64,000 bases of DNA from Ruminococcus sp. (GCA_031262105.1 JAISIH010000083.1:3219-67218); one strand, 5' to 3'. Positions 41,748 through 52,630 are shown, counted from the stretch's first letter. Numbers and translations are program-made. Notes: generated from the sequence alone by a model not told the origin.

Positions 41748-43730
41748 TTGGCTAAGATACTGAGTAAAGATGAACGTCCTGCGTTTCCTGCGCGGGCGGT
41801 TATTACCGGCGGGATGCCTTATGGTAACAAGAAGCTCCATTTCGGGCATATCGGCGGGGTTTTTATCTTCGCGGACGTTTATGCGCGATTTCTACAGGAT
41901 CGGATCGGCTCTGACAATGTTATTTTTGTGTCGGGGACGGACTGTTACGGTTCGCCGATTGTTGAGAGTTATCGGAAGCTCGTTGAGGGCGGTTACACCG
42001 GCTCTATAACCGATTTTGTTATGGAAAATAACGCTTCGCAAAAACGCACGCTTGCCGCTTTTTCGGTTGCGCCGTCGATCTTTGAGGGGTCTGCTATCGG
42101 GCGTGCGGGGGAGATTCATGCGGAATATTCCCTCGAATTTATCCGCAAGATGCATGAACACGGCAAGCTCGAAAAGCTTTCTACAAAGCAGTTTTTCGAT
42201 GAAAAAGCCGGGGTTTTCCTTAACGGCAGACAGGTTATCGGGCGTTGCCCTGTTGTGGGTTGCAGCTCCGAAAAAGCCTATGCCGACGAATGTGACCTCG
42301 GGCATAGTTTCCTCCCGAAAGACCTTATTAATCCTGTCAGCACACTTACCGGCGAAACGCCCGTCATGCGCGAGGTTTCTAACTGGTACTATAAACTCCC
42401 GGACGACATGGCTGTCCTGCGCGAATATGTTGACGGGTCGCGCGGAAAAGCGCGGGCTGTTGTTACAAAAACGGTTTCGGAGTTTTTAGAGCCGCCTGTA
42501 ATTTTCGTCATGAATGATTATCGCGAGGGTTATGAGGCGGTGCGTGATAACCTGCCGCCGCATGAAGAGGTTGTCGATCCGAAGAAGACTTCATTCACGA
42601 TAAAATTTACAAAGCTTTCCGACCGTGAGGCGGCGGAAGAGACCCTTGCGGCAAAGAACATTCGCTTCCGCACAGGAAAAACCCTTGTGCCTTTCCGCCT
42701 CACCGGCAACACCGAATGGGGTTTGCCTGCGCCGGTGCTTGAAGCGGCGGAAGAACCTTCAACAATCTACGTCTGGCCGGAGTCTCTCTGGGCGCCGATT
42801 AGCTTCACGAAGGCTTATCTTGAGTCTATCGGCGAGAATGACGAAAAGTGGAAAGACTTTTGGTGTTCGCCCGAGTCGAAGGTATATCAGTTTATAGGGC
42901 AGGACAACATCTATTTCTATTCCGTGGCAGAGCCGGGAATGTTCATGGCTTATAACTCGCCCGATGCACATCTGCCAAACCCGGGCGAGCTTCAAATCCC
43001 CGAATTCGCGGCGAACCACCACATTTTATTCCTTGACAAAAAGGCGTCTTCGAGCGGCCAGATTAAGCCGCCCCTTGCGGACGAGCTTCTCGATTTTTAC
43101 ACGGTAGATCAGCTTCGTATGCATTTTATATCCTTGGGGCTTGCAATGCGAAGCGTAAGTTTTCTGCCCAAGCCTTTTAACCCCTCCGCGAAGGAGACAG
43201 ATTCCGACCCGGTTACGAAAGAGGGTTTCCTCCTAAACAATGTCTTGAACCGGATTTGCAGGACTGCGCTTTATGAGGTGCAAAAATGTTGTGACGGGGT
43301 TTATCCTGTGGGGGAAGTTTCACCGGAAGTTACCCTCGAGGCAGAACAGGCGATTTTACAATACGAACGCTTCATGCACCGCCTCGAATTCCACCAAGTC
43401 TCCTACGTTTTAGACAGCTTTATCCGCTTCCTCTCGAAGGTGCAGAGCAAGGGGAAGACCGTTTCAGACAAGGCGGACGGTGCGGAAATCCGCCGGCAGT
43501 GGTTAATCGACACGCTTTACGGTATTAGAGTTAGTTTGTCGCTTCTGCACCCGATTGTGCCGGACAGCTGCGAGCTTGTACGCGGGTACTTTAAGCTTCC
43601 TCGGAGCATTTATAATTGGGATAATATCTTTGACAGTCTTTCTGACAGCTTCGGCGGGGTTTCCGAATTCACTCCGGGATTCATAGAACCTCGATTTGAT
43701 TTCTTCAAAAAGCACCCCTCACAACTGTGA
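41748..43730 (+). CDS. Class I aminoacyl-tRNA synthetase, MetRS-like, with a degenerate KMSKS loop
   Basis: HIGH-type motif HFGHIGG. MetRS-like zinc knuckles (GRCPVVGC...ADECDLGH). KASSS stands where KMSKS is expected (FLDKKASSSGQIKPP). Confidence 0.7.
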   Translation: MAKILSKDERPAFPARAVITGGMPYGNKKLHFGHIGGVFIFADVYARFLQDRIGSDNVIFVSGTDCYGSPIVESYRKLVEGGYTGSITDFVMENNASQKRTLAAFSVAPSIFEGSAIGRAGEIHAEYSLEFIRKMHEHGKLEKLSTKQFFDEKAGVFLNGRQVIGRCPVVGCSSEKAYADECDLGHSFLPKDLINPVSTLTGETPVMREVSNWYYKLPDDMAVLREYVDGSRGKARAVVTKTVSEFLEPPVIFVMNDYREGYEAVRDNLPPHEEVVDPKKTSFTIKFTKLSDREAAEETLAAKNIRFRTGKTLVPFRLTGNTEWGLPAPVLEAAEEPSTIYVWPESLWAPISFTKAYLESIGENDEKWKDFWCSPESKVYQFIGQDNIYFYSVAEPGMFMAYNSPDAHLPNPGELQIPEFAANHHILFLDKKASSSGQIKPPLADELLDFYTVDQLRMHFISLGLAMRSVSFLPKPFNPSAKETDSDPVTKEGFLLNNVLNRICRTALYEVQKCCDGVYPVGEVSPEVTLEAEQAILQYERFMHRLEFHQVSYVLDSFIRFLSKVQSKGKTVSDKADGAEIRRQWLIDTLYGIRVSLSLLHPIVPDSCELVRGYFKLPRSIYNWDNIFDSLSDSFGGVSEFTPGFIEPRFDFFKKHPSQL

Positions 43731-43756
43731 GAAAAACTCGTGCAAAGGCGCCGGCT

Positions 43757-46700
43757 ATGCAAAAGAAGAAGATTTCGCTGTCCCTCTACACAAGCGTAAT
43801 TATCCCGATTATGCTTGGGCTTATATTTATGATAATCGCGGTTTGCGTACTCCTTTGGACCAACGGCACAATGGAGACGCTTGTTAAGAGTTCCCTTAAC
43901 ATTCTCTCGGCGACGACGGAGAATGCCGCCCTAAAGCTCGAAACCGACATGACCCGCAATTTTTCAAACATCGGCGGCTTAGAGTCCGACATTGCGGATA
44001 TTGTCGCGGAATATATGGAAGAGACGGGGATTACAGCGGAGGAGCTGTCTGCCGACCCCGACGCATACGCACCGATTGATGAAAAACTCGCCGATGCAAT
44101 CCTCGGGGCGATCCGCTTCTCGAACGCGAGCGGTATCTTCGTTGTCTTTTCGGACGGAAACGAGGACGAAGTTTTCTTAAACGAAGCCGGCGAATACAGC
44201 CTCCCGACCGATGGCGTACGCACCCTGCACTGTGTGCATTTTCGAGACCTTGACCCTCTCAATAACCCTGCCGATTTTTCGGATATAATTATCGAGCGGG
44301 GCAGCAATGATGTTGCGCTTGCAAAAAATATCCCTGCCGACAGCTTTTGGCGGCCTGATATATCCCTAACCCCCGAAAATGTCGCTTCCTTCGATTTTTA
44401 TTATAAGCCTTTTAAGACTGCGAAAGAAAACCCGATGCTCCCTCCCGAAACCTACGGCTATTGGGGGAAACCGCGAGTTCTGTCTAACATTTCCGGGCCC
44501 GAAACCCGCGACACCTATACATATATAACCTACTCAATGCCGATAATTGTCGGTGGTGAGGTTATCGGCGTTGTCGGGAGTGAAGTTCAGGTTAACTACA
44601 TTCGCGGGCAGTATCTGCCGGCTTCCGATTTTGAAGCAATCGGCGCGGGCGGCTATCTTCTTGCAAAGTATGACGAATTTGAAATTGACCCGGCGACACC
44701 GCGCTTTAACGACGCTGTTACTTCCGAAAAGATGGTTGTGGTTACACCTTATATTGTCTCGGGAGAGACGGCTGAGACTGAGTTTACGGCATTTACGCCG
44801 ATTGAAATTCTCCTCGATGTTTATAACCCATGGCACATGACCGACGAGAGCATCTACGCCTTTAACCGTGGGCATGAGGAAAGCTCCGCCCACATGAGCC
44901 TTTATCCGCTTAAACTTTATGACGATAATTCGCCGTTTGCGAACGAGCGGTGGGCTGTCGTCGGCGAGTCCCCGAACAGCCTTTTATTCGCAACCTCCGA
45001 TAACCTCTGGGCGGATGTTACGGCGGTTTCGGCAATCTGCCTCTTTGTTGCACTGCTTTTCACAATAATAATTGTGTGGTTTGCGATTCGTCCGCTTAAG
45101 ACCCTAACCGCCGAAGTCAAAGCGGCGGCAGGCGAAATCCCCGAGCCGCGAGTTTATGACGTTAAAGAAATCGAGGTTCTCCGCGGGGCGTTAAACGACT
45201 CTTATAACAAAGCGCGTCGGGACCGGCAGACCCTCTCGGACGAGCAGGAGCGTTTTAAGCTTGCGCTGTCTCTCGCGACAGGTACGCTCCTTGAATATAA
45301 CCCCGAGACGGATATTACGAAGATAACCCGCTTCGACACCGACACAACCCCCTTCATCTGGACCCTCGAACACACCCTCGAACGCCTTAAGACCGACAGG
45401 ATTATCCACCCGGAAGATGCCGCTTCGGTTATAACCCTATTTTGCGGAAAGCCTCTCCTGCCCTTCGTTGCAAGGGTTAATATGCGGATTCTGCCGAAGG
45501 CTTTCTATAAGGATGATACAGAATATGCGTGGCTTCGCTTCTCCTGTAAGATTTTCACGAACGAAAAGGGAGAATTTATCCGCCTTATCGGCACAACCCA
45601 AGACGTAACCGCCGAAGAATACAAGCGCGAACGCGACCTCATAAGGCTTCGCACCGACCCGACAACACAGCTTTATAATCGCGAATACGGCTTTTCAATG
45701 TTCGCCGCCGCACTCGCAAAAACCCCTGCCGATATGATGCTTGCGCAGATTTCGCTCGAGCCTGCCCTTATCTGCGAGGCATATTACGGGCTTTTCTACA
45801 CGAACGTTATACACTATGGCGTTGCAAGGCGGCTTCAATATTTCCTCCCCGCCGGTACAATCCTTGCAAGGGGCGGCGACAACGATATTTTCGCGCTTCT
45901 TCCGGCTTCCGAAAAAGAGCATTTTGCAAAAATTCTTTCCGAGATAACAGCCTTAGCCGACGTTATGTATGTCGGCGAAAACGAGGATATAAAGCTGTCT
46001 ATTACCGTCGGGGCTGCCCTGTCGGGGGAGGCTCTCAATGTCTACGAGCTTTCGGCGCGAACTAATGCGGCGATAAAATACGCCCTCGAAAATTCGCCCG
46101 GTTCTTATCTTTTCTACAGGGACCTCCCGGGGAATGTCCGCACGCCGATTACATATACCCCCACGCCGATTACGTTCAATTCGGATATTGCCGCAATGTC
46201 GATAACTGCGATTGCGTTCAACCTCTTTGAACGGACGAAAGACACCTCGTCGGTTATTAATATGCTTCTGATGCTTGTTGCGAAACGCTTCAGGCTCTCG
46301 CGCGTTTTCATTGTCGAAAACGAGATGGACTTCCTCACAAATATTATTTCGTACTGCTACACCCATAACGGCTTCCCGGAAGTAACCGACAGGGTAAGCA
46401 GGGTTCCGCGCGAATACTACAGCGACTTCGACAGCTTCGCCCACGGCGACGGTATGCATATTGTCACAAGTAATGACAACGCCTCCGACAGCATTAAAAC
46501 GCTCCTGCGCGTGAAAAATCTGGATAAATACTCCGTCTTCGCCTGCGGAATGTACGTGAACGGCGAGCTTTCGGGGAAGATTGTCTTCACACACGCTGAC
46601 CCTGCCTATAAGTGGTCGGAGGATTTAACGAACGACCTAAACGAAGTCACGAAAATTATTACATCTCATCTTTCGCGTTCTAAATCCGACACCGCCTCGA

Positions 46701-47881
46701 AGGCTAAGACGGAATTCCTCTCGAAGATTTCGCACGAAATAAGGACGCCGATGAACGCAATTATCGGGCTTTCGGACATTGCCAGAAAGGCGGAAGCCGA
46801 GGGGAACACCGAGCGGACGGTTGACTGCCTCAAGAAGATTGACGGTTCGGCGAAGTTCCTCTTAACGATTATAAACGACGTTCTCGATATGTCGAAAATC
46901 GAGAGCGGAAAGGTTACGCTTTCAAACGAGCCGGTCGATATAGTTACGGCAGTGACTGATGTTGCAGACATGATACGCCCGATGGTCGAGAGCAGGGGAA
47001 TGGACTTTATAACCGATATTGACGTGAAAAACGGTTATGTTTTCTGCGATGCGCCGAGGTTAAAACAGGTTTTAACAAACCTCTTGGGGAACGCCGTGAA
47101 GTTCACCGAAGCGGGCTTTATATCGCTTACCGTGAAGGAGCGGGCGGACGGCTATTATTTCGCTGTTACCGACACCGGCAAGGGCATTTCGGAGGAAAAC
47201 AAGAGCAGGGTTTTCGACAGCTTCGTACAGCTTGATTCTTCCGAAAAAGTTTACGGCGGGACCGGTCTCGGGCTTTCGATTTCGAGCCGGATTGTTAAGC
47301 TTATGGGCGGGACAATTGAGCTTACCTCCGAACCAGAGAAGGGGAGCAGCTTCTTCTTCACAATTCCTCTCGACGCCGCCGAGCGTGAGACCGAAACGAC
47401 GGAGGAACTCATTGACAAGGACTACAGCGGTTATTTCAAGGGGAAACGCGCCCTGCTTGTCGAGGACAACGAGCTTAACACAGAGATTGCAGTTTCGCTC
47501 CTTGAAGATGCAGGGCTTGAAGTTATCACCGCCGAAAACGGCGAAATCGGCGCGAATGCTTATGACGAAAAGCCGGCGGGATATTTCGATGTAATTTTCA
47601 TGGATATACGTATGCCGGTTCTTGACGGACTCGGCGCGACAAAGCTTATCAGGCAAAACAGCACCCATTCGGACGCTGCAAATATCCCGATTATAGCGAT
47701 GACCGCGAACGCCTTCGACGAGGACATGAAAAAGTCGATGGAAGCGGGAATGAGCGGCTATCTCCCGAAACCAATCGACATTAACAGGCTTTATAAAATG
47801 CTGGACGAAACCATAACAGAGGACAGCGGCGAGAAGACAGAGGACAGAGTAACGACAGACGACAGTGGGCAGTTCATATAG
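43757..47881 (+). CDS. Hybrid sensor histidine kinase/response regulator with extracellular sensor, PAS, degenerate GGDEF and GAF-like regions
   Basis: Two TM segments. Degenerate GGDEF (RGGDNDIF). H-box SHEIRTPMNAI. N and G boxes (NLLGNAVKF, GTGLGLSIS). Receiver domain (DVIFMDIRMPVLDG...KP). The start is uncertain: GTG 43727 or ATG 43757. Confidence 0.85.
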   Translation: MQKKKISLSLYTSVIIPIMLGLIFMIIAVCVLLWTNGTMETLVKSSLNILSATTENAALKLETDMTRNFSNIGGLESDIADIVAEYMEETGITAEELSADPDAYAPIDEKLADAILGAIRFSNASGIFVVFSDGNEDEVFLNEAGEYSLPTDGVRTLHCVHFRDLDPLNNPADFSDIIIERGSNDVALAKNIPADSFWRPDISLTPENVASFDFYYKPFKTAKENPMLPPETYGYWGKPRVLSNISGPETRDTYTYITYSMPIIVGGEVIGVVGSEVQVNYIRGQYLPASDFEAIGAGGYLLAKYDEFEIDPATPRFNDAVTSEKMVVVTPYIVSGETAETEFTAFTPIEILLDVYNPWHMTDESIYAFNRGHEESSAHMSLYPLKLYDDNSPFANERWAVVGESPNSLLFATSDNLWADVTAVSAICLFVALLFTIIIVWFAIRPLKTLTAEVKAAAGEIPEPRVYDVKEIEVLRGALNDSYNKARRDRQTLSDEQERFKLALSLATGTLLEYNPETDITKITRFDTDTTPFIWTLEHTLERLKTDRIIHPEDAASVITLFCGKPLLPFVARVNMRILPKAFYKDDTEYAWLRFSCKIFTNEKGEFIRLIGTTQDVTAEEYKRERDLIRLRTDPTTQLYNREYGFSMFAAALAKTPADMMLAQISLEPALICEAYYGLFYTNVIHYGVARRLQYFLPAGTILARGGDNDIFALLPASEKEHFAKILSEITALADVMYVGENEDIKLSITVGAALSGEALNVYELSARTNAAIKYALENSPGSYLFYRDLPGNVRTPITYTPTPITFNSDIAAMSITAIAFNLFERTKDTSSVINMLLMLVAKRFRLSRVFIVENEMDFLTNIISYCYTHNGFPEVTDRVSRVPREYYSDFDSFAHGDGMHIVTSNDNASDSIKTLLRVKNLDKYSVFACGMYVNGELSGKIVFTHADPAYKWSEDLTNDLNEVTKIITSHLSRSKSDTASKAKTEFLSKISHEIRTPMNAIIGLSDIARKAEAEGNTERTVDCLKKIDGSAKFLLTIINDVLDMSKIESGKVTLSNEPVDIVTAVTDVADMIRPMVESRGMDFITDIDVKNGYVFCDAPRLKQVLTNLLGNAVKFTEAGFISLTVKERADGYYFAVTDTGKGISEENKSRVFDSFVQLDSSEKVYGGTGLGLSISSRIVKLMGGTIELTSEPEKGSSFFFTIPLDAAERETETTEELIDKDYSGYFKGKRALLVEDNELNTEIAVSLLEDAGLEVITAENGEIGANAYDEKPAGYFDVIFMDIRMPVLDGLGATKLIRQNSTHSDAANIPIIAMTANAFDEDMKKSMEAGMSGYLPKPIDINRLYKMLDETITEDSGEKTEDRVTTDDSGQFI

Positions 47882-47937
47882 CGGAAAAACTTCCGCCGCA
47901 GATTCTGTCCTCTGTCCTCCGGCTTCTGTCTTCTGGT

Positions 47938-48903
47938 TCATATAAATTCATGCACTATTGAATATTCCGGGACTGCTGTTTCGGGGATCGGTATGAGCTT
48001 TTCTAAGATTTCCGACATCATATTTAAGTCTTCATTTTCGGGGAATTTTTCCGAAATTGCCTTTACATCCTTTTCGAGGAAGTTTTTATAAACCCCCGCT
48101 TCGTAGGGGATAAACGTGTCTATGTCAAGGTCGGCGAGGGGTCGAAACGGCTTTATGTACTGCTCCTCCCCGAGCGCAACAAGCTTATACATCTCCCATA
48201 TTTCAAGCGGCGTTCTCCCGCGAAAACGCTTGTCGCGGGAGAGGCGGCGCATTAACCTAACCATCGACGGCGGCAGAGAATGTTCTGTGCCGGGTTTGCC
48301 CATAACCGCGCCGCCGCAAACACCCCCGGCACCCCCACACGAAGTAATTTTTGTTCTAACACTAACGTAAATCCCGAACGTATGTTCTTTTATGCTGTCG
48401 GTCATTATCGGATTAAGCGCGTGGATCCCCTCGATAATTACTACGCCGTCGGGCGGGCGTTTTATTAGCTCGCCGTCCGTACGCCTTTGCGTTACAAAAT
48501 CAAAGTGCGGGACAATCGTCTCTCGCCCCTCTAAAAAGGCTTTTACATCAGCCTTAAAGCGCGGTATATCGACTCTGTACGGCGACTCAAAGTCGATCTT
48601 GCCGTCCGGAGTTTTCGGTGTATGAAGTGCCTCGTCCTTCGGATAAAAATAATTATCCATCGAAATCGAAAACGCCGGAACGCCCGCCGCCCCCAGACAT
48701 TCGCAAAGCCTTTTCGCCGTCGTCGTCTTCGCAGAGCCGGACGGACCGGCGACAAGCACAATCGGCTTCCCGCCCGAAAGAAGCCTTATATGCTCTGTTG
48801 CCGTTAAAATATTCGAGTTATAAATATCCTCCGACCGGTTTATAAAACCTCTCATATCCTGCGCGACGGCGGAATTAATTGACTCGACACCTAAAAAATT
48901 CAT
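47938..48903 (-). CDS. Uridine kinase/phosphoribulokinase-family P-loop kinase
   Basis: Walker A (VAGPSGSAKTTTAKRL) within a 321-aa protein. Confidence 0.6.
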   Translation of the reverse strand: MNFLGVESINSAVAQDMRGFINRSEDIYNSNILTATEHIRLLSGGKPIVLVAGPSGSAKTTTAKRLCECLGAAGVPAFSISMDNYFYPKDEALHTPKTPDGKIDFESPYRVDIPRFKADVKAFLEGRETIVPHFDFVTQRRTDGELIKRPPDGVVIIEGIHALNPIMTDSIKEHTFGIYVSVRTKITSCGGAGGVCGGAVMGKPGTEHSLPPSMVRLMRRLSRDKRFRGRTPLEIWEMYKLVALGEEQYIKPFRPLADLDIDTFIPYEAGVYKNFLEKDVKAISEKFPENEDLNMMSEILEKLIPIPETAVPEYSIVHEFI

Positions 48904-49036
48904 ATTAAAAAAACCTTTCTTATCTAATAATAACCGATATTTTATGAAACGTCAATAAAATTATCAAAATAACTTTACTTTTTTGCAAATTAATAGTATA
49001 ATGTAAGTATAAATAAATTTTCGGAGAAAAATTAAC

Positions 49037-50071
49037 ATGAGTAAAATAAAGGTTACCATCTGCGGCAAGGATTATACCCTTTCTACCGAAGAACCGGCAG
49101 AGCTTATTAAGGCACGTGCCGAACGCGCAAACAATATGATTAACCATTTTTCAGAGGTTTCGCGCCTTAATACCCAGAACGCGGCGGTCTTAACCGTTCT
49201 TGATGCGTTAACCGACGTGGATAAGCAGAACGCCGTCGTCGATAACCTTCGTACTCAGGTTTCGGAATATCTCGACATTGCGGCAAAGGCGCGGAATGAT
49301 ATTGAGGATCTTGCGAAAAAGCTTGATAAATATAAGGCTAAGCACGACGAGGCTGTAAAACGCTCCGCCGAGCTTGAAAAAAAGGCGGCTGAGACCGGGA
49401 ACGTCTCGGAGGACTGCAAGAAGCTTCAAAAGGAGCTTGACGAACTTAAGGCTGACGTCGCGAACAAAGAGCGTTACGCCTACGAAAAGGGCAAGCTTGA
49501 ATCCGCCGAAACCGCGAGAGCCGCCGTTCTCGCAAGCCGTGAAACCATCGAGGTTAACAAGGCAACAATCGAAGAAAAAGAAATAGAGCTTGAAGCCGCA
49601 AATGTAGAACTCAAAGATATTAAGCTTGAAAACAAAGAGCTTACGGCGAAGAATTCCAAGCTCGGTGTTCTCGTCACCGACCTCGAAAAGCAGATCGCGG
49701 ACATAAAGCGCGAACACGAACGTGAAAAGTCCGCCCAGACAACAATTGACCTTTCATCGGCAGCAGATGCCGCCGCCGCCGCAAAACTCAACGAAAAGCA
49801 GCTTAAAGCCCGCAACACCGAACTCCGCCGCACAATCGACAACATCCGCAAAGAAAACCAAACCCTAAAGCGCGAAAACGAACAATACAGCATAAAATTC
49901 CAAGAAAAAGACATCGAACTCGACGAGATGAAGGCGAAGTACAAAGAGTTTGAAGCAGTAATGATCGAACTCGACGAGCTTAAAGAAAAATACAACGAAT
50001 TAGAAACCACGAATTTGAAGCAGACGGCGACGATTGCGGAGCTTTGGGAGAAATTAGAAGTTAACGTATAA
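49037..50071 (+). CDS. zapA: ZapA-domain cell-division protein with a long coiled-coil extension
   Basis: N-terminus MSKIKVTICGKDYTLSTEEPAELIKARAE is ZapA-like. The remaining roughly 250 aa is heptad-rich. Confidence 0.65.
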   Translation: MSKIKVTICGKDYTLSTEEPAELIKARAERANNMINHFSEVSRLNTQNAAVLTVLDALTDVDKQNAVVDNLRTQVSEYLDIAAKARNDIEDLAKKLDKYKAKHDEAVKRSAELEKKAAETGNVSEDCKKLQKELDELKADVANKERYAYEKGKLESAETARAAVLASRETIEVNKATIEEKEIELEAANVELKDIKLENKELTAKNSKLGVLVTDLEKQIADIKREHEREKSAQTTIDLSSAADAAAAAKLNEKQLKARNTELRRTIDNIRKENQTLKRENEQYSIKFQEKDIELDEMKAKYKEFEAVMIELDELKEKYNELETTNLKQTATIAELWEKLEVNV

Positions 50072-50904
50072 TGATAGAGATATTATCTCCCGGAGGAAGT
50101 TTTGAGGCTGTTAAAGCCGGGGTTAATGCCGGGGCTGGGGCAGTGTACGTTGGGCTTGAGCGGTTTTCTGCACGGGCTTTTGCCAAGAATTTTACTGCGG
50201 AAACGTTGCCGAGCGTTTGCGGCTATTGCCACGAACGCGGCGTTAAAGTTTATCTTGCCGTAAATACGCTGATTCATCAAGCCGATTTGGCTGACATTGC
50301 CGCGCTTTCGGAGCTTCCTGTTGATGCCTTTATTGTTCAGGACTTGGGGGCTGTTGGGGTACTTAAAGACAAAACCCTTCATGCTTCTACGCAGATGACA
50401 GTCCACACAAAGAGCGGCATTGATTTTTGCAAAAGCGTCGGGATAAAGCGGGTTGTTCTTGCGAGGGAACTGTCGAAAGCAGAGATTGCCGGGCTTGCCG
50501 CTTATGCGAAAAGTATTGGCATTGAAACCGAGGTTTTCGTCTACGGGGCGTTGTGCTTTGCCGTCTCCGGGCAGTGTTATATGTCGGCGTTCTTCGGCGG
50601 GGGCAAAAGGTCTGCGAATATGGGGTCTTGTGCGGGGGCGTGTCGTCTGCCTTTCAGCACCGGCAAGTTTAACCCGAACGCGAGGGCGTTATCCTTAAAG
50701 GACCAAAACCTTGCGCCGTATATAAAAGAGCTTGAGGCAATGGGCGTAACCTCCCTGAAAATCGAGGGGAGAATGAAAGGCTCTGACTACGTTACAAGGG
50801 CGATTAATACGCTTAAAACCGGGAAGCGTGAAAAAAACATGACCGACGGTTACTTCACAGGGAACTTAAATGATTGCTTCGGAAAAAGAGATAATCAGAC
50901 GTAA
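50071..50904 (+). CDS. Peptidase U32 family protein
   Basis: MIEILSPGGSFEAVKAGVNAGAGAVYVG start, LKIEGRMK and the conserved Cys cluster. Confidence 0.8.
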   Translation: MIEILSPGGSFEAVKAGVNAGAGAVYVGLERFSARAFAKNFTAETLPSVCGYCHERGVKVYLAVNTLIHQADLADIAALSELPVDAFIVQDLGAVGVLKDKTLHASTQMTVHTKSGIDFCKSVGIKRVVLARELSKAEIAGLAAYAKSIGIETEVFVYGALCFAVSGQCYMSAFFGGGKRSANMGSCAGACRLPFSTGKFNPNARALSLKDQNLAPYIKELEAMGVTSLKIEGRMKGSDYVTRAINTLKTGKREKNMTDGYFTGNLNDCFGKRDNQT

Positions 50905-51511
50905 CGTCCGCGAATACGTCTTTAAGGTTAAAAACAAACAACAGCTTGACGCGGCACTGCGCCTTGCCGACTATGTTATAACGCCGCCCGAACTCTATTT
51001 TGAACACGAAAAAATCTGGCTCGCGCCGCCCCGCTTCGGGGAATTTTCAGGCTCTGCACGAGAGATTTATTGTCAGAATGTCGGGCATCTGATGCTCCCG
51101 GGCATTAAGCACGGCGGCTTCGGGCTTAATGTTATTAACAACGAAGCGGCAGAAATATTAGCTGGCTTCGGCGTTAACGATATTACCGTCGGGGTTGAAG
51201 CGAATATAAAAGATATTCTGCGGATTAAATGCAAAATACTTACAATTTACGCGTACGGGCGATTTCCTTTAATGCTTACAAGGCAACGTTTGCATGGAAA
51301 CCTCACCGACCGCACGAAAAGGCGGTTTCCTATTGCGGGCGATGAGATACTCAATTCCGTGAAATTATCGCTTTCGGGGAAGAAGGTTAACGCCGACAGG
51401 TTGCTTCTTGATTTTTTTGATGAGACACCTGCTGAAATTGAGGATATATTAAATTGTTTCAGAGATAATATAAATATGGAAAATATAACAAGGGGTTTAT
51501 ACGGAATTTAA
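50870..51511 (+). CDS. Hypothetical protein downstream of, and overlapping, the U32 gene (possible U32 C-terminal partner)
   Basis: 213-aa ORF overlapping the U32 gene by 35 nt in another frame. Called on context only. Confidence 0.4.
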   Translation: MIASEKEIIRRNVREYVFKVKNKQQLDAALRLADYVITPPELYFEHEKIWLAPPRFGEFSGSAREIYCQNVGHLMLPGIKHGGFGLNVINNEAAEILAGFGVNDITVGVEANIKDILRIKCKILTIYAYGRFPLMLTRQRLHGNLTDRTKRRFPIAGDEILNSVKLSLSGKKVNADRLLLDFFDETPAEIEDILNCFRDNINMENITRGLYGI

Positions 51512-51548
51512 CAAAACGAATAAAAATTATAACAATCTGAGTATATTG

Positions 51549-51577
51549 TTGACATTGTGCTTTGAAAGATTTATAAT
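51549..51577 (+). promoter_or_regulatory. Consensus sigma-A-type promoter of the mreB operon
   Basis: TTGACA (51549..51554), a 17-nt spacer, then TATAAT (51572..51577). Confidence 0.65.
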
Positions 51578-51610
51578 TAATATAAAAGAAAACGAAGAAG
51601 GATTAAAAAG

Positions 51611-52621
51611 ATGTTTACAAAAGATATAGGAATCGACCTCGGCACGGCGAATACCCTCGTTTATATGCGCGGAAAAGGGATAATTATCCGCGAACCGTCC
51701 GTTGTCGCGGTTGATACAAAGACAGACAGGGCAAAATATGTCGGGCAGGAGGCGAAAGAGGTTATCGGGAAGACGCCCGGCTCGATCGTTGCCGTTCGCC
51801 CCCTCAAAGACGGCGTAATCGCCGATTTCGAGATTACGACAACAATGCTCACCGAATTTATCCGCAAAGCCCTCAAAAACCGCTTCTCAAAGGCGCGGGT
51901 TATAATCTGCATACCCTCCGGGGTTACTGCCGTTGAACGCAAGGCAGTCCGCGAAGCCGCAGAAAATGCGGGTGCGAAGCGCGTTAACATTATCGAAGAG
52001 CCTATGGCGGCGGCAATCGGCGCGGGTCTCCCCGTATCAGAACCGCAGGGGTCGATGATTGTTGACATAGGCGGGGGAACCTCCGAAGTTGCGGTTATAT
52101 CCCTCGGCGGAATTGTAACAAGCCGCTCTGTGCGGGTTGCCGGTGACGCGTTCGACACAGCGATCGTTAACTATATCAAGAAAAAATACAACCTCCTTAT
52201 CGGCGAACCTACCGCCGAAAATATAAAGATGACTATCGGCTCCGCCTATCCCACAAAGGACGAACCGACAAAAGAAGTCAAGGGGCGGAACCTCCTAAAC
52301 GGCTTGCCCGAGAGCATTACAGTGACTTCGGAAGAAATCCGCGAAGCCCTCGCAGAGCCCCTCTCGCACGTAGTCGAAGCGATAAAGGTAACTCTCGAAA
52401 AAACCCCTCCCGAACTCGCCGCCGACATCATCGACCAAGGCATAACCCTTGCGGGCGGCGGTGCGTTAATCAAGGGGCTTGATATGCTTATCCACAAGGA
52501 AACCGGTATGCCCGTAAACATCGCCGAAAACCCCCTCGACTGCGTTGCCGCAGGAACAGGGCGTGTGCTTGAAGACCTCGATAAGTTGCATGAGGTGCTT
52601 AACGACGATGCTAAGTATTAG
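51611..52621 (+). CDS. mreB: Rod shape-determining protein MreB
   Basis: [32 protein letters not shown]; 336 aa. Confidence 0.95.
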   Translation: MFTKDIGIDLGTANTLVYMRGKGIIIREPSVVAVDTKTDRAKYVGQEAKEVIGKTPGSIVAVRPLKDGVIADFEITTTMLTEFIRKALKNRFSKARVIICIPSGVTAVERKAVREAAENAGAKRVNIIEEPMAAAIGAGLPVSEPQGSMIVDIGGGTSEVAVISLGGIVTSRSVRVAGDAFDTAIVNYIKKKYNLLIGEPTAENIKMTIGSAYPTKDEPTKEVKGRNLLNGLPESITVTSEEIREALAEPLSHVVEAIKVTLEKTPPELAADIIDQGITLAGGGALIKGLDMLIHKETGMPVNIAENPLDCVAAGTGRVLEDLDKLHEVLNDDAKY

Positions 52622-52630
52622 GGTATAATT

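Noticed and set aside
47836-47915. Inverted repeat (gacagaggacaga / tctgtcctctgtc) spanning the sensor-kinase stop codon
   Set aside because: It probably just forms part of the bidirectional terminator region between convergent genes, together with the gcggaa-aaac-ttccgc hairpin at 47881..47896. Nothing more specific can be supported.
47072-47941. 289-aa minus-strand ORF at the 3' end of the sensor kinase (also 45953..46594 and 35253..35792 antisense to secA)
   Set aside because: These are antisense to long genes with clear catalytic motifs, and they have no independent support.
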